A program made the position numbers and the translations under genes. A stretch of DNA of 25,798 bases from a virus (Duplodnaviria > Caudoviricetes), in IMG/VR virus record IMGVR_UViG_3300021082_000088, positions 1 through 25,798 of that record. One strand, written 5' to 3'. The notes below the pieces were generated by a model. The model had not been told where the DNA came from, did not search any database, and saw only the letters and a program-made list of their open reading frames with translations. Below are positions 1 to 9,214 of the stretch, piece after piece. How positions within the stretch are numbered: the stretch's first letter is position 1; the number at the start of each line of letters is the position of its first letter.

Positions 1-2
1 TT

Positions 3-398
3 GCTCCTCGCCACCGCCGGATCAAGGAGCTGGTCACCATAGACCCACGCCGGGCGAGGAGCAAGGACGAGTACCGCAAGCTGCGGGGCCAGCTCAATGC
101 TGCTGAGCGACAGGCCATCAATGCTATTATTCAAGGCTCAGCTGCCGACACGATCAAGCTGGCCATGGTGGACATCCGCCGTCGTCTGGCCGACACAGGA
201 TTCCCGCTCACGCCAGTCCTCAACGTCCACGATGAGATCGTTGCGGTGTGCCCCGCCGAGCACGCAGAGGAGGGTAAGAAGATGTTGATCGAGTGCATGG
301 AGAACGTCGTCAACCCTCGTACCGGTGAGCCTCCGCTGCAGGGATGGGTGCCACTCATCGCCTCCGGCACGATCGGTGATCGCTGGGCCAAGGGATGA
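3..398 (+). CDS. polA: DNA polymerase family A (Pol I-like), C-terminal fragment, 5' truncated by the window
   Basis: Frame 3 is open from the window edge and reads AERQAINAIIQGSAADTIKLAM and motif C VLNVHDEIV, ending in GDRWAKG. Confidence 0.93.
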   Translation, partial: APRHRRIKELVTIDPRRARSKDEYRKLRGQLNAAERQAINAIIQGSAADTIKLAMVDIRRRLADTGFPLTPVLNVHDEIVAVCPAEHAEEGKKMLIECMENVVNPRTGEPPLQGWVPLIASGTIGDRWAKG

Positions 399-751
399 TC
401 GCCGGGATCAAGCGGCGCTTCCTGTTCCGTGCCTTCTACCCGCTCGGGCCCAAGGTCTGTGCGATGAGCGGGATGCCGGGCGCCAGCTTCGACGTCGACT
501 GCGCCGAGTACGAGCGCAGCCAGGCCGAGATCCAGAAGATCCCCGACGCCGTGCTCAACCGGGTGATCGAGCGGGCCAAGTGGATGTCCGAGGTCGTCGT
601 CTCCGACGAGTGGGACACCATCTTCCAAGAGGATGGCCTGTGCCCCGAGTGCGGCGAGCCGTGCGGACAGGTGACGTTGCCGGAGATCCTCGTCAAGTTC
701 TATGTCGCAATGCGACTGGAGGAAGAAGAAGATGGGCAACTGGTTCGCTGA
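395..751 (+). CDS. hypothetical protein with CPEC..PC motif
   Basis: ATGA overlap with the pol stop; GC3-rich codons. Confidence 0.6.
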   Translation: MIAGIKRRFLFRAFYPLGPKVCAMSGMPGASFDVDCAEYERSQAEIQKIPDAVLNRVIERAKWMSEVVVSDEWDTIFQEDGLCPECGEPCGQVTLPEILVKFYVAMRLEEEEDGQLVR

Positions 752-1166
752 CCGTCTCGGTCCCCCTCCTGCACCTGTGGTGGCTCGGTATCAACCCGGT
801 CAACCGTGGCCACCGCAGGGGCAGTACCCACAGCAGCAGCCGGTGTTGGGACAGCAGCCGACGTTGCTGCCGCAGCAGCAGGTGCCGTTCGATCCCCGGT
901 CGGTGCGCATCGATGACATCAACCAGCTGCTCGCCAGCAAGGACGCATGGAACGGCACGGTCGATGAGAAGCGCAACACCACGCCGTGTCCGAAGTGCGG
1001 CGGCCAGGTGCAGATGTACACCGGGCTCAACGCACCGAAGATCATGAACCAGTACGGCCAGAGCTGCACACCGATGCAGCGGTGCTACTACTGCGGGTAC
1101 AACGGGCACTTCGAGCAGCTCGGCCAGCAGGCGACCGACAGCGGCGTGCCGCTGCGTGTCATCTGA
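732..1166 (+). CDS. Pro/Gln-rich protein with C-terminal zinc ribbon (CPKC...CYYCGY)
   Basis: ATG at 732 (MGNWFADRLG) after a purine-rich GAGGAAGAAGAAG; stop overlaps the recA start (TGATG). Confidence 0.7.
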   Translation: MGNWFADRLGPPPAPVVARYQPGQPWPPQGQYPQQQPVLGQQPTLLPQQQVPFDPRSVRIDDINQLLASKDAWNGTVDEKRNTTPCPKCGGQVQMYTGLNAPKIMNQYGQSCTPMQRCYYCGYNGHFEQLGQQATDSGVPLRVI

Positions 1167-2233
1167 TGCCGGTCAAGACGATCAAGTCCGCCGCCGAGGT
1201 ACTGCGGGACATCACCCGGGCCCACGGCGAAGACGTCGTCGTGCTCGGCAGCCAGATGAAGGGCCGCACGATCGGGCGCATGTCGACCGGCGTGCTGAGC
1301 TACGACGCCATCCTCGGTGGCGGGTGGCCGGTCGGCTCGTGGTCCGAGGTGATCGGCAACGAGAGCCACGGCAAGACGCTGCTCGCACAGTCCACGGTGA
1401 TCACCGGCCAGCGGCGTGACCCCAAGCACCGCACGCTGTGGATCGCAGGCGAGCCGGTCAACTTCGAGTGGTGCGAGACGCTCGGCATGGACCTGGAGCG
1501 GGTGGAGTTCGTGCCCGGCAACAACATGGAGATGGCCTACGACATCGCCTTGAAGTTCATGGAGAACCGGCTCGTGGACCTCGTCATCATCGACTCGCTG
1601 CCGTCGCTGATCCCGACGTCGGAGGACGACCGAGAGTTCGATGAGCTGACCATCGGCCGAGCAGCGATGCTCAACAACAAGTTCTTCGTGCGCAAGGCGA
1701 CGACGGCGATGAAGCGGAGCTACACCCGCAAGGACCGACCGTGCACCGGCATCGCCATCAACCAGTGGCGTGACCGTGTCGGTGTGACCCACGGTGACCC
1801 ACGCATCGCACCCGGTGGGCTCGGCAAGAACTTCGCCTTCTACGTGCGGGTGGACATGACCCGCACCGAGTGGATCAAGAACGGCACCATGGTCGTCGGC
1901 GGTCGCTTCCGCATGCGCACGATCAAGAACAAGGTGGCGCCGGTCAACCGCTCCGCTGAGATCAACTTCTACTTCGACGCCGTACCCGGATTCGAGCGTG
2001 GCCGGTTCGACCACGTCGAGGACATCGTCGCCGCCGGTCTGTACTACGACGTGTTCGGTGTCGGTGGCGGCGGGTACTACGTGTTCGGCGAGCATCGCTG
2101 GCGTGGCAAGGACAAGCTCGTTGCTGGTGTGCGTGAGGATCTCGATCTCCAGGCCGAGATACGTGGTGCGGTGATGCACGTCGTCAACCCCGAGGCGGAC
2201 GCCCGCAAGGTGAGGATCGTTGCTCGCCGATGA
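1166..2233 (+). CDS. recA: RecA/UvsX-like recombinase
   Basis: STGVLSYDAILGGGWPVG, Walker A GNESHGKT, Walker B LVIIDS, INQWR, PGG, KNKVAP; start at the TGATG overlap. Confidence 0.95.
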   Translation: MPVKTIKSAAEVLRDITRAHGEDVVVLGSQMKGRTIGRMSTGVLSYDAILGGGWPVGSWSEVIGNESHGKTLLAQSTVITGQRRDPKHRTLWIAGEPVNFEWCETLGMDLERVEFVPGNNMEMAYDIALKFMENRLVDLVIIDSLPSLIPTSEDDREFDELTIGRAAMLNNKFFVRKATTAMKRSYTRKDRPCTGIAINQWRDRVGVTHGDPRIAPGGLGKNFAFYVRVDMTRTEWIKNGTMVVGGRFRMRTIKNKVAPVNRSAEINFYFDAVPGFERGRFDHVEDIVAAGLYYDVFGVGGGGYYVFGEHRWRGKDKLVAGVREDLDLQAEIRGAVMHVVNPEADARKVRIVARR

Positions 2234-2529
2234 AGCGTCCATGGCAGCGTCAGGAGGAGCGCACAGCCGAGCGTTACCGAGGGTCACGTAGTGCTGGGTC
2301 GGGCGCCGGGCCCACCCGCAAGAACGATGTGCGCAACGAGCAGCTGCTGATCGAGAACAAGACGACCGACGCCAAGAGCTTCACGCTCAAAGCATCAGAC
2401 CTGGAATTACTCCGGTGTAACGCTATTGTCGAGGGCCGAGTACCGGTACTGCAGCTCGACCTGGGAGGGCGTTGTTACGTCATCCTCCTCGAAGGCGACT
2501 TCCTTGACATCTACGGACACACCGAATGA
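2230..2529 (+). CDS. PD-(D/E)XK nuclease, Holliday junction resolvase-like
   Basis: QEERTA...GSGAG..KNDV...LIENKTT pattern; directly follows recA with an ATGA overlap. Confidence 0.75.
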   Translation: MKRPWQRQEERTAERYRGSRSAGSGAGPTRKNDVRNEQLLIENKTTDAKSFTLKASDLELLRCNAIVEGRVPVLQLDLGGRCYVILLEGDFLDIYGHTE

Positions 2530-2533
2530 GGTT

Positions 2534-2917
2534 GTGGCACGGCGTAGTCACGTCGACCTCGGAGCATGGGCGTACTTCTTCTCCGACCCCCTGGAGCAGG
2601 TCAAGGTCGACTGGTGGATGGCCTACGGCAAGTGTTTCAAGGACTCTGCCACCACCGAGTACTTCGTACCCGACGACACCTCGGTACGTGAGGCACGGCG
2701 CCGCACCTCGATCGCCAAGTCGATCTGCAACGGCAAGGACGGGCTGCCGCCATGCCAGGTGAGGGGAATCTGCGCATCGTACGCAATCGAGAACCAGATA
2801 TGGGAAGGGGTGTGGGGCGGGATGTCAAAGCGAGAGCGGCGCCTCGCCCTTCGCCAAGAGCAAAGCCCAGCGCCAGCGGCCGCCGTATTGTTCCGGCCTC
2901 GAACACGGATTGGGTAG
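2534..2917 (+). CDS. whiB: WhiB-family Fe-S transcription factor (start uncertain)
   Basis: Four Cys (C..AKSIC..CQVRGIC) and the GVWGGMSKRERR turn motif. Confidence 0.9.
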   Translation: MARRSHVDLGAWAYFFSDPLEQVKVDWWMAYGKCFKDSATTEYFVPDDTSVREARRRTSIAKSICNGKDGLPPCQVRGICASYAIENQIWEGVWGGMSKRERRLALRQEQSPAPAAAVLFRPRTRIG

Positions 2918-3792
2918 CCAACAGCTACCGCAAGGTGCACCCGTTGATCGGTGCGCTGCAACGACACATCGTCTCCGAGAACGAGCGCATCAACGGCGTA
3001 CGTGACGTCGCCGTCTCCGGCTACATCCACCCGTCGTCGGCGAGCAAGGGCGACTGGTGCCCACGCTCATCGTGGTACGAGGTGATGGGTGCTCCGGCCA
3101 CGCCACCACCGAGCATCGGTCACCGCCTCGCCAACGTGTTCGCCGAGGGTCACGAGATCCACGACAAGTACCAGCGATGGTTCACGCAGATGGGGATCCT
3201 CATCGGCATGTGGGAGTGCCTGATCTGTGGCTACCAACAGTGGGGCAAGGGCATGCAGACGTCGTGCCACTTCTGCCTCGGTGACCGCTTCCGTTACGCC
3301 GAGGTGCCGGTCGAGGACGAAGACCTGATGATCCGGGGAGCTGGCGACGGGATCGTTGATCTCGATGAGCACCAGAGCCTGATCGAGATCAAGAGCATCG
3401 GGCTGCGCTCGATCGAGCTGGACTACCCGAAGTTGTACAAGCCGTACAAGGAGGGCACGCTCGATCTCGATGGGCTGTGGGCGTCGATCAAGGCACCGTT
3501 CCCGTGGCACGTACGCCAGGCGACGTTGTACCTCCACCTGCTGCGCACACGTTGGCCGGAGATCAACGACATCATCTTCATCTACGAGTTCAAGGGCAAC
3601 CAGGACGTCAAGGCGTTCACGATCGGCTACCAGCCCGAGCTGATCAGTCACATCATCAAGAGCGCACGGGAGATCGTCACCGCTGTTGACGAGCAGCGTG
3701 TCGTGCGCCGCCCGGCGTGGGCCGAATCGCCTGCCACCAAGACGTGCAAGGTCTGTCCGTACCGGGCGACGTGCTGGCAGGGTGCCGCATGA
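2800..3792 (+). CDS. Cas4-like / RecB-family PD-(D/E)XK exonuclease (start uncertain, 2800 or 2935)
   Basis: HPS..WCPR, G.EIH, Y.EVP, GDG..IEIKS, Q..LY, and C-terminal CKVCPYRATC Fe-S ligands. Confidence 0.85.
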   Translation: MGRGVGRDVKARAAPRPSPRAKPSASGRRIVPASNTDWVANSYRKVHPLIGALQRHIVSENERINGVRDVAVSGYIHPSSASKGDWCPRSSWYEVMGAPATPPPSIGHRLANVFAEGHEIHDKYQRWFTQMGILIGMWECLICGYQQWGKGMQTSCHFCLGDRFRYAEVPVEDEDLMIRGAGDGIVDLDEHQSLIEIKSIGLRSIELDYPKLYKPYKEGTLDLDGLWASIKAPFPWHVRQATLYLHLLRTRWPEINDIIFIYEFKGNQDVKAFTIGYQPELISHIIKSAREIVTAVDEQRVVRRPAWAESPATKTCKVCPYRATCWQGAA

Positions 3793-4229
3793 AGATCGTC
3801 AACAACCCTGACGGCTACGCCGACCCGGCACGACCCGGCGAGCCGATCCCCGACATGCCCATCGAGGTCGGCGGCATGGAGGACGACGAGCTGATGGAGC
3901 TGTTCAACCTCTTCACGGCGTGGGCTGACTTCCTCGCCGTCGAGACGGTGCGCAAGTCAGCGGTCGAGGAGCGGTACGAAGACAACCTCACCGAGTTGAA
4001 GGCGGAGTACATCCTGCTCGGCACCAACACTGTGACCGGGCGGGCACAGGCCGATTCTGCACCAGATGTGCGAGACTTGCGCCGCAGGCTGAGGGTCGCC
4101 AAGAACGTACGGAAACTACTGGAAGCGAAGTTCACCAACTGCGATCGCAACGCCAAGGCGCTCTCACGAGAGCTGACACGGCGCACGACGATCGCAGAAG
4201 GGAGCAGGGGGAGACGGTATGGGCCATGA
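3789..4229 (+). CDS. coiled-coil hypothetical protein in the recombination block
   Basis: ATGA overlap; helical composition, ends ...ALSRELTRR. Confidence 0.7.
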   Translation: MKIVNNPDGYADPARPGEPIPDMPIEVGGMEDDELMELFNLFTAWADFLAVETVRKSAVEERYEDNLTELKAEYILLGTNTVTGRAQADSAPDVRDLRRRLRVAKNVRKLLEAKFTNCDRNAKALSRELTRRTTIAEGSRGRRYGP

Positions 4230-4471
4230 AGAAGTGCTACGTGTGCGGCCGAGAGGATGCCGACACACGACCACTGGGAGAGCACGCTCAGGACATCTGT
4301 CTGACGTGCCTGGACGAGCCAGAGTGGCGAGCGCTGGCTGCTGACAACCTCGGTGCGGTGGTCAACGCAACCTCGTTGATCTCACCGACCGGCATGGTCA
4401 CCATCGATGGCGAAGAGGTACGCCCGATGACACCGAACGACGTGTGGGCCACGCCGCAAGGCAACTCGTGA
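4226..4471 (+). CDS. small zinc-binding hypothetical protein
   Basis: CYVC...CLTC; ATGA overlap. Confidence 0.65.
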   Translation: MKKCYVCGREDADTRPLGEHAQDICLTCLDEPEWRALAADNLGAVVNATSLISPTGMVTIDGEEVRPMTPNDVWATPQGNS

Positions 4472-4860
4472 GCAGACAGCGTCAGGCTGGCACCGACGCC
4501 GAGACCAAAGTTCAACGGTGGTTGATGCGTCGTGGCTACCGCTACGCCAAGAAGCTCCGCCAGGAGGGAGCACTCGACGTCGGCGACGTGCACCTCGGTG
4601 ACGGCTACCCGGTGTGCGTCGAGGTAAAGGGCGGGCAGGGCGCCGTCACGCACCTCAGCTCGCACGTCAAGGAGACGCTCGCCGAGATCGCCAACAGCGG
4701 TGCCGAGACCGGCGTGGCGATCGTGAAGAAGGCACGCAGCGCCGACGTCGATGACTGGTACGCCGTGATGCCCGCCAAGCTCTGGCTGGATCTGATCGAG
4801 CGCCTCTACCCACCGCCTCCCCGTACCACAGTGAGGATCCGCCCCAACCCACGGCCCTGA
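4468..4860 (+). CDS. second PD-(D/E)XK Holliday junction resolvase-like nuclease
   Basis: G..AE..V..WL..G..DVGD..VEVK pattern; GTGA overlap. Confidence 0.75.
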   Translation: MSRQRQAGTDAETKVQRWLMRRGYRYAKKLRQEGALDVGDVHLGDGYPVCVEVKGGQGAVTHLSSHVKETLAEIANSGAETGVAIVKKARSADVDDWYAVMPAKLWLDLIERLYPPPPRTTVRIRPNPRP

Positions 4861-4873
4861 CTACTGTTGAGCC

Positions 4874-5173
4874 ATGGCCATGACCGTCACGATCGGCTTC
4901 ATCCCCGACCGGCACACCCTCGATGACAAGGGCTGGGCGGTGTCCTACGACGACGGCACCGGCACGATCGTGACGACGTACTACGACACGCTGACGCTGG
5001 CCGCAGCGAAGCAGCAGGACATCTTCACCGCCGACGTCACGATCGACAACTTCCTGCGCACCCAGGTGACCAACACGTACATCGGTACGGGTGGCGCCCC
5101 GGCGACGATCAACTCCAACCTGTCGACCAAGCGCACGCAAGAGGGTCTCGACCCCACGACCACTCCGGTGTAA
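4874..5173 (+). CDS. Thr-rich hypothetical protein
   Basis: ATG 6 nt after TACTGT (-10-like); typical codon usage. Confidence 0.7.
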   Translation: MAMTVTIGFIPDRHTLDDKGWAVSYDDGTGTIVTTYYDTLTLAAAKQQDIFTADVTIDNFLRTQVTNTYIGTGGAPATINSNLSTKRTQEGLDPTTTPV

Positions 5174-5199
5174 CCGGGGCCGCAACTACGCTGGTCGGT

Positions 5200-5472
5200 A
5201 TGCCGATCCGCTCTCGGATGGACTACTACGCAGCCAACGCCGACCCCAGCAGGTTGTCGATGGGCCACGCCAACCCCGAGCAGATGGCGCAGGCGCAGTC
5301 GGGCTACTGGCGCTCGCAGCGCTCGGTCGATGAGATGCGCCGCCGACCCAACGCTCTGCGCACCGGCTACGGCAACCTGCGCCCCGTCGGCGTGGGACAG
5401 CCGTACATGTCGGGCGTCGGCAAGCCCTCGATCGAGCGTGAAGATCTCGTCGTGCAGTCGGACGGTGACTGA
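5200..5472 (+). CDS. hypothetical protein
   Basis: ATG 7 nt after TACGCT; stop overlaps the next start. Confidence 0.65.
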   Translation: MPIRSRMDYYAANADPSRLSMGHANPEQMAQAQSGYWRSQRSVDEMRRRPNALRTGYGNLRPVGVGQPYMSGVGKPSIEREDLVVQSDGD

Positions 5473-5987
5473 TGCCCGGTGGACACACCGCACCGCAGAC
5501 GATCGACAACTGGTTCTCGATGCAGGAGGTGCAGCTCGGGCTCGGCGTGCACGGGCCCGGGCCCAACCCGAGCTTCCGTGATGCGCTCGACGCCGCTCGG
5601 CTGAACTGGAGGCAGACGCCGGAAGGGTCGTACCCCGACGGGTACTTGGGCACCGTCGGTGGCCGCCGTGGCGACAAGCTGCGCAACGCTGTGTGGCGCA
5701 ACCAGCGGCCCTACGACCGGGGCGTGCACAAGGACACCCGGCTCGACATGAGCGACTACCTCTGGCCCGAGGAGTTCAACCTCATGAGCGGGATCGAGTG
5801 CGAGGCACGGGGAGAGCGCTTCGTCTCGGCCGCCTACGCCATCGCACCGCTGCAGCTCACCAACCGGGGCAAGCCCAACACCCGGGACTACAACCACCTG
5901 ACCGGCCGACCCGACACCGGCACGCCGATCCAGCCCGACCCGCAGCGGATCGCCGAGAAGCGTAGGCAGCTGCCGTCATGGAGCTAG
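5472..5987 (+). CDS. hypothetical protein (YPDGYLGT...RGVHK motif)
   Basis: TGATG overlap; typical codon usage. Confidence 0.7.
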   Translation: MPGGHTAPQTIDNWFSMQEVQLGLGVHGPGPNPSFRDALDAARLNWRQTPEGSYPDGYLGTVGGRRGDKLRNAVWRNQRPYDRGVHKDTRLDMSDYLWPEEFNLMSGIECEARGERFVSAAYAIAPLQLTNRGKPNTRDYNHLTGRPDTGTPIQPDPQRIAEKRRQLPSWS

Positions 5988-6838
5988 GGCACCAGTTCCA
6001 GCTCTTCACCCCGCCGACGGGCCCGGCCAAGATGACCGAGTGGGCTGACGTCGACAAGCCGATGCGCCCGGTGCACGACGAGGTGGACGAGCCCCGCTCG
6101 ATCACGCCCGTGCACGTCGAGGGGTACGGCGACGTGCACCCGTACACCGGGCTGTTCCGCTCGCACCCGCACGAGCGCCAACTGCAGATGCTGATGTCGG
6201 CTCGGGAGATCCGCAAGCAGTACGCACCGGCCGAAGGCGACCGCATGTACTCGGGCACCGACATCGCCGTCAACCTCGGCGTCCACCCCGCTGGCATGAC
6301 CGACACACGGGCCGGTGAGATCACCGACCGCCGGGCGACGACCGACTTCCGCATGAACGAGCGCTGGGGCCACCCGGTGACCGGTGAGCGGTTCTTCAAG
6401 CGCACCGCAGAGCGCAAGCGGCCGCCGATCGAGACCGACGCCGAGATGTGGCACCGCAAGGTCGTGGAGGCCGACGAGGCGCCCCAGGAGACAGCGTTGC
6501 GCCAGGCACGGCTCTACACCGCCAACAACCTCGCCTCAGCCACTCAGGTCGGCAGGTTCCTCGCCCGGCCGCTGGCGCACGACAAGTCGTTGATCGAGCA
6601 CCTGCAGGGCGGCGGCGACCCCGGTGTGATCCCGCTCGGCACTCGCTCCAACCCGCTCAGCTCCAGCGGCAAGCCGATGCTCGCCGGAGGGCACCACCGT
6701 GTCGCAGCACTGGGTGAGGTCGATCCCGATCGCCTCGTACCGGTCGAGCACTGGCGTGACGTCCACGACGCCAAGTATGAAGAGATCACCACCAAGGGCG
6801 GGCGCAAGGTGCAGATGCCTCGTCGTGGGTACACCTGA
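5978..6838 (+). CDS. ParB/Srx-like domain protein, paralog 1
   Basis: MLAGGHHRVAAL...LVPV motif; internal QLQMLMSAREI. Confidence 0.7.
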   Translation: MELGHQFQLFTPPTGPAKMTEWADVDKPMRPVHDEVDEPRSITPVHVEGYGDVHPYTGLFRSHPHERQLQMLMSAREIRKQYAPAEGDRMYSGTDIAVNLGVHPAGMTDTRAGEITDRRATTDFRMNERWGHPVTGERFFKRTAERKRPPIETDAEMWHRKVVEADEAPQETALRQARLYTANNLASATQVGRFLARPLAHDKSLIEHLQGGGDPGVIPLGTRSNPLSSSGKPMLAGGHHRVAALGEVDPDRLVPVEHWRDVHDAKYEEITTKGGRKVQMPRRGYT

Positions 6839-7206
6839 TGCCGACCCGCTTCTCCCCCGCCGCCAACGACTCGTTGCGGCGGTCTCAGTACCCGGCGCCC
6901 TTCCAGCTCCAGGGCGAGTACGCCGTCGATGACGTCATCAACCTCGCTGCGGTACCAGGCGACGTGCTCGCCCAACGTGGCCCTCCTGTACCTCAGCAGG
7001 TGTTCCCGCCGAAGTATGGCTACTACCGGGTGCCGCTGACGATCTACGACGTGCTCGCCACCGACCGGTGGGCGCCGACCTACCGCTCGTGGACGTCGGG
7101 TCCGATGATCACGCCACCGCCGCCAATCGACCCCAACGGGCTCAGCGGCAACGACGGTGGCTTCACCAAGAACGCTCTGGTCGGTGGCAAGTACGAGGTT
7201 GGCTGA
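6838..7206 (+). CDS. Pro-rich hypothetical protein
   Basis: TGATG overlap; typical codon usage. Confidence 0.65.
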   Translation: MPTRFSPAANDSLRRSQYPAPFQLQGEYAVDDVINLAAVPGDVLAQRGPPVPQQVFPPKYGYYRVPLTIYDVLATDRWAPTYRSWTSGPMITPPPPIDPNGLSGNDGGFTKNALVGGKYEVG

Positions 7207-7233
7207 TGATCAACGTCATGCCACAATGGCGCC

Positions 7234-7728
7234 ATGGCTGCCACTGATCACCTCCAGGTAGAGCAGTGGTTCCACGGCACCTCTGCCGACCTCTCACCCG
7301 GTGACGTGGTGCAGCCTGCGGCCAAGGTCGGCAAGCAGGGCGAGCCCGGGTCTCTCGAAGAGGCAACCAACCCGCACCACGCCTTCGCTGCCAAGGATCT
7401 CGGCGAGGCCCACATGTGGGCCGGGATGCGTGGCGGCGCCAAGGTGTACAAGGTCGAGCCGCTCGATGACATCGAGGAGTTCAAGTCGCCGGAGGGCTAC
7501 ACGTACGGCCGGTCGTCGTCAGGGTTCAGGGTCGTCGGTGCCGCCGGGCCCAACCCGGTGTCCCGTGACGACGCCATGCACCACACCAACGCCATCAAGC
7601 GCCAGGAGGAGATCCGGCAGCAGCGCCGGTCACGCAGCAGCGAGCTGGCGGTCCAGCGCACTCCCGGTCTGGCAGAAGCGCTCGAACGTCTCAGCTCGGT
7701 GATCCTCGACCGCAGGAGAGTTCTCTGA
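7234..7728 (+). CDS. Arr-like NAD+ ADP-ribosyltransferase domain protein with N-terminal MAATDHLQ tag
   Basis: WFHGTSADLSPGDVV...AFA..A..WA..KVYKVEP resembles the FHGT..L..GD / VY.VEP pattern of rifampin ADP-ribosyltransferase (Arr)-fold proteins. Confidence 0.7.
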   Translation: MAATDHLQVEQWFHGTSADLSPGDVVQPAAKVGKQGEPGSLEEATNPHHAFAAKDLGEAHMWAGMRGGAKVYKVEPLDDIEEFKSPEGYTYGRSSSGFRVVGAAGPNPVSRDDAMHHTNAIKRQEEIRQQRRSRSSELAVQRTPGLAEALERLSSVILDRRRVL

Positions 7729-8177
7729 TGGCTGCCAGTGACCATGTCAACGGCGAGCAGCTCCGCATGTTCATGACAGCTCGGGAGCTGTACCACACCC
7801 CCTCGATCGACGTGCCGCTGCACCCCGAGGCTCGCTACGGCGGCGCCTGGAAGAACATGGCCGCCATGTGGAAGAGCAAGGCCAGGGACAACAAGACCAA
7901 CGGCGTGCCTGAGTCGATCGCCGCCCAAGGCGTGCACATGCCGGTGACGCTCGCCCACGGCGAGCGTGACTTCGGCGACGCCACGGTGATCGAGCACGGC
8001 CACCACCGGATCCTCGCCGCCTACAAGCACAACCCCGACATGCTCCTGCCGGTCGAGCACGAGGACTATGACCGTCCCAAGAACTACGGCACGGTCGCCG
8101 AGCAGAACGAACATGCCCGGCGCATCGGTGCCATACCGGGCTGGACCGAGCACCAGTACTTCCCGTCCTACCCGTGA
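7728..8177 (+). CDS. ParB/Srx-like domain protein, paralog 2, with N-terminal MAASDHV tag
   Basis: SIAAQGVHMPVTL...IEHGHHRILAA...LLPV. Confidence 0.75.
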   Translation: MAASDHVNGEQLRMFMTARELYHTPSIDVPLHPEARYGGAWKNMAAMWKSKARDNKTNGVPESIAAQGVHMPVTLAHGERDFGDATVIEHGHHRILAAYKHNPDMLLPVEHEDYDRPKNYGTVAEQNEHARRIGAIPGWTEHQYFPSYP

Positions 8178-8205
8178 TGTGGCACCCCAGGAGTACGTTG
8201 GAACC

Positions 8206-8484
8206 ATGGCAGTGAACAGCGACCGCTCGATGAACGACGACCTGCGCATCGGCGCCGTGGACGGCCGCCTGCGCTTCCTGCGCCCCAACACCGTCAACGC
8301 CGAGATGGAGGAGACGATGACCCGTGTCGACTGCCTCCAGGGCGAGCCGCCGTTCTACGGGTGGTACGGCAACTTCGGCGTGACCTACGGCGACCTCGAC
8401 CACATCCGCATGGCGCTGCCGGGCGCTGTGCACCCGCTGCACCCGATCCGGGTCGGCAAGCACGAAGTCGTGGACCCGATGTGA
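8206..8484 (+). CDS. hypothetical protein (MAVNSDRS...)
   Basis: ATG 6 nt after TACGTT; typical codon usage. Confidence 0.7.
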   Translation: MAVNSDRSMNDDLRIGAVDGRLRFLRPNTVNAEMEETMTRVDCLQGEPPFYGWYGNFGVTYGDLDHIRMALPGAVHPLHPIRVGKHEVVDPM

Positions 8485-8678
8485 TCAGGGGACGTCACCC
8501 TCGCTACTCGGGCCCGGAGTTCGATGCGGCCGCACGGGCGATCGCACATCATCCGATGCAGGGGCCGCCCGACCCGAAGTGGAACCGCAGGCCCAACTTC
8601 GAGGGCATCGGCATGGACGAGGATCCCGACGCCTACGACCGTGAGAAGGACCGCCGCCTGACCGGTGAGATCCCGTAG
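8481..8678 (+). CDS. small hypothetical protein
   Basis: GTGA overlap with the previous stop; fills the gap. Confidence 0.55.
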   Translation: MIRGRHPRYSGPEFDAAARAIAHHPMQGPPDPKWNRRPNFEGIGMDEDPDAYDREKDRRLTGEIP

Positions 8679-8704
8679 CGCTGCTGAACGTTACGCTGTG
8701 CCCG

Positions 8705-9214
8705 ATGCGGCTCTGCTACTGCTACCACTGCAAGACCCTCAGCAAGATCGCTGACTACGACGGCGAGTACTCGTTCGACAGCGAGCCGCTCAACGACGTG
8801 CTGTTGGAGAACTGGGTGCAGCGCCACATGCACGGCTTCACCGAGGAGCAGCACCCCGGTGGCCGGGTGTTCGCCTTCCAGGGCCGTGACATCGAGGTGC
8901 AGGGCGGCCGCCTCGACGGCGTCGGCGTCGACATCGCCAACGAGGTCGAGCACGTCCGCAGCGAGCTGGCCCAGGCCGGTCACGACGTCTTCGAGTTGAA
9001 GGACGAGTTGAAGGACGAGGCGCAGAAGTGCTTCCTCAAACACAAGCGTCCCGAGTACCCGGACAAGAAGTGCATCGACTACCACGACGACTCCAAGTGG
9101 CTCGGGCGCAAGGAGAAGATCGAGGGCCAGAGGGTCCACACCCAGCAGGGCTACCTCTGCTCGTTCTGCCCGTACGAGACCAACGTGTCGATCGCACGCC
9201 GTGGGTACAACTGA
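8705..9214 (+). CDS. Cys/His-rich, probably zinc-binding hypothetical protein
   Basis: CYCYHC, C..H.RP...C.DY, YLCSFCP; ATG 7 nt after TACGCT. Confidence 0.75.
   Translation: MRLCYCYHCKTLSKIADYDGEYSFDSEPLNDVLLENWVQRHMHGFTEEQHPGGRVFAFQGRDIEVQGGRLDGVGVDIANEVEHVRSELAQAGHDVFELKDELKDEAQKCFLKHKRPEYPDKKCIDYHDDSKWLGRKEKIEGQRVHTQQGYLCSFCPYETNVSIARRGYN

Noticed and set aside
2800-3792. Cas4-like gene as evidence of a CRISPR-Cas locus
   Set aside because: There is no cas1/cas2 and no repeat-spacer array; solo Cas4-like exonucleases are common in phage recombination blocks.
7234-7728. A bona fide rifampicin resistance gene (arr)
   Set aside because: Only fold-level motifs match; it carries a phage-specific tag and tail, and the substrate cannot be inferred.
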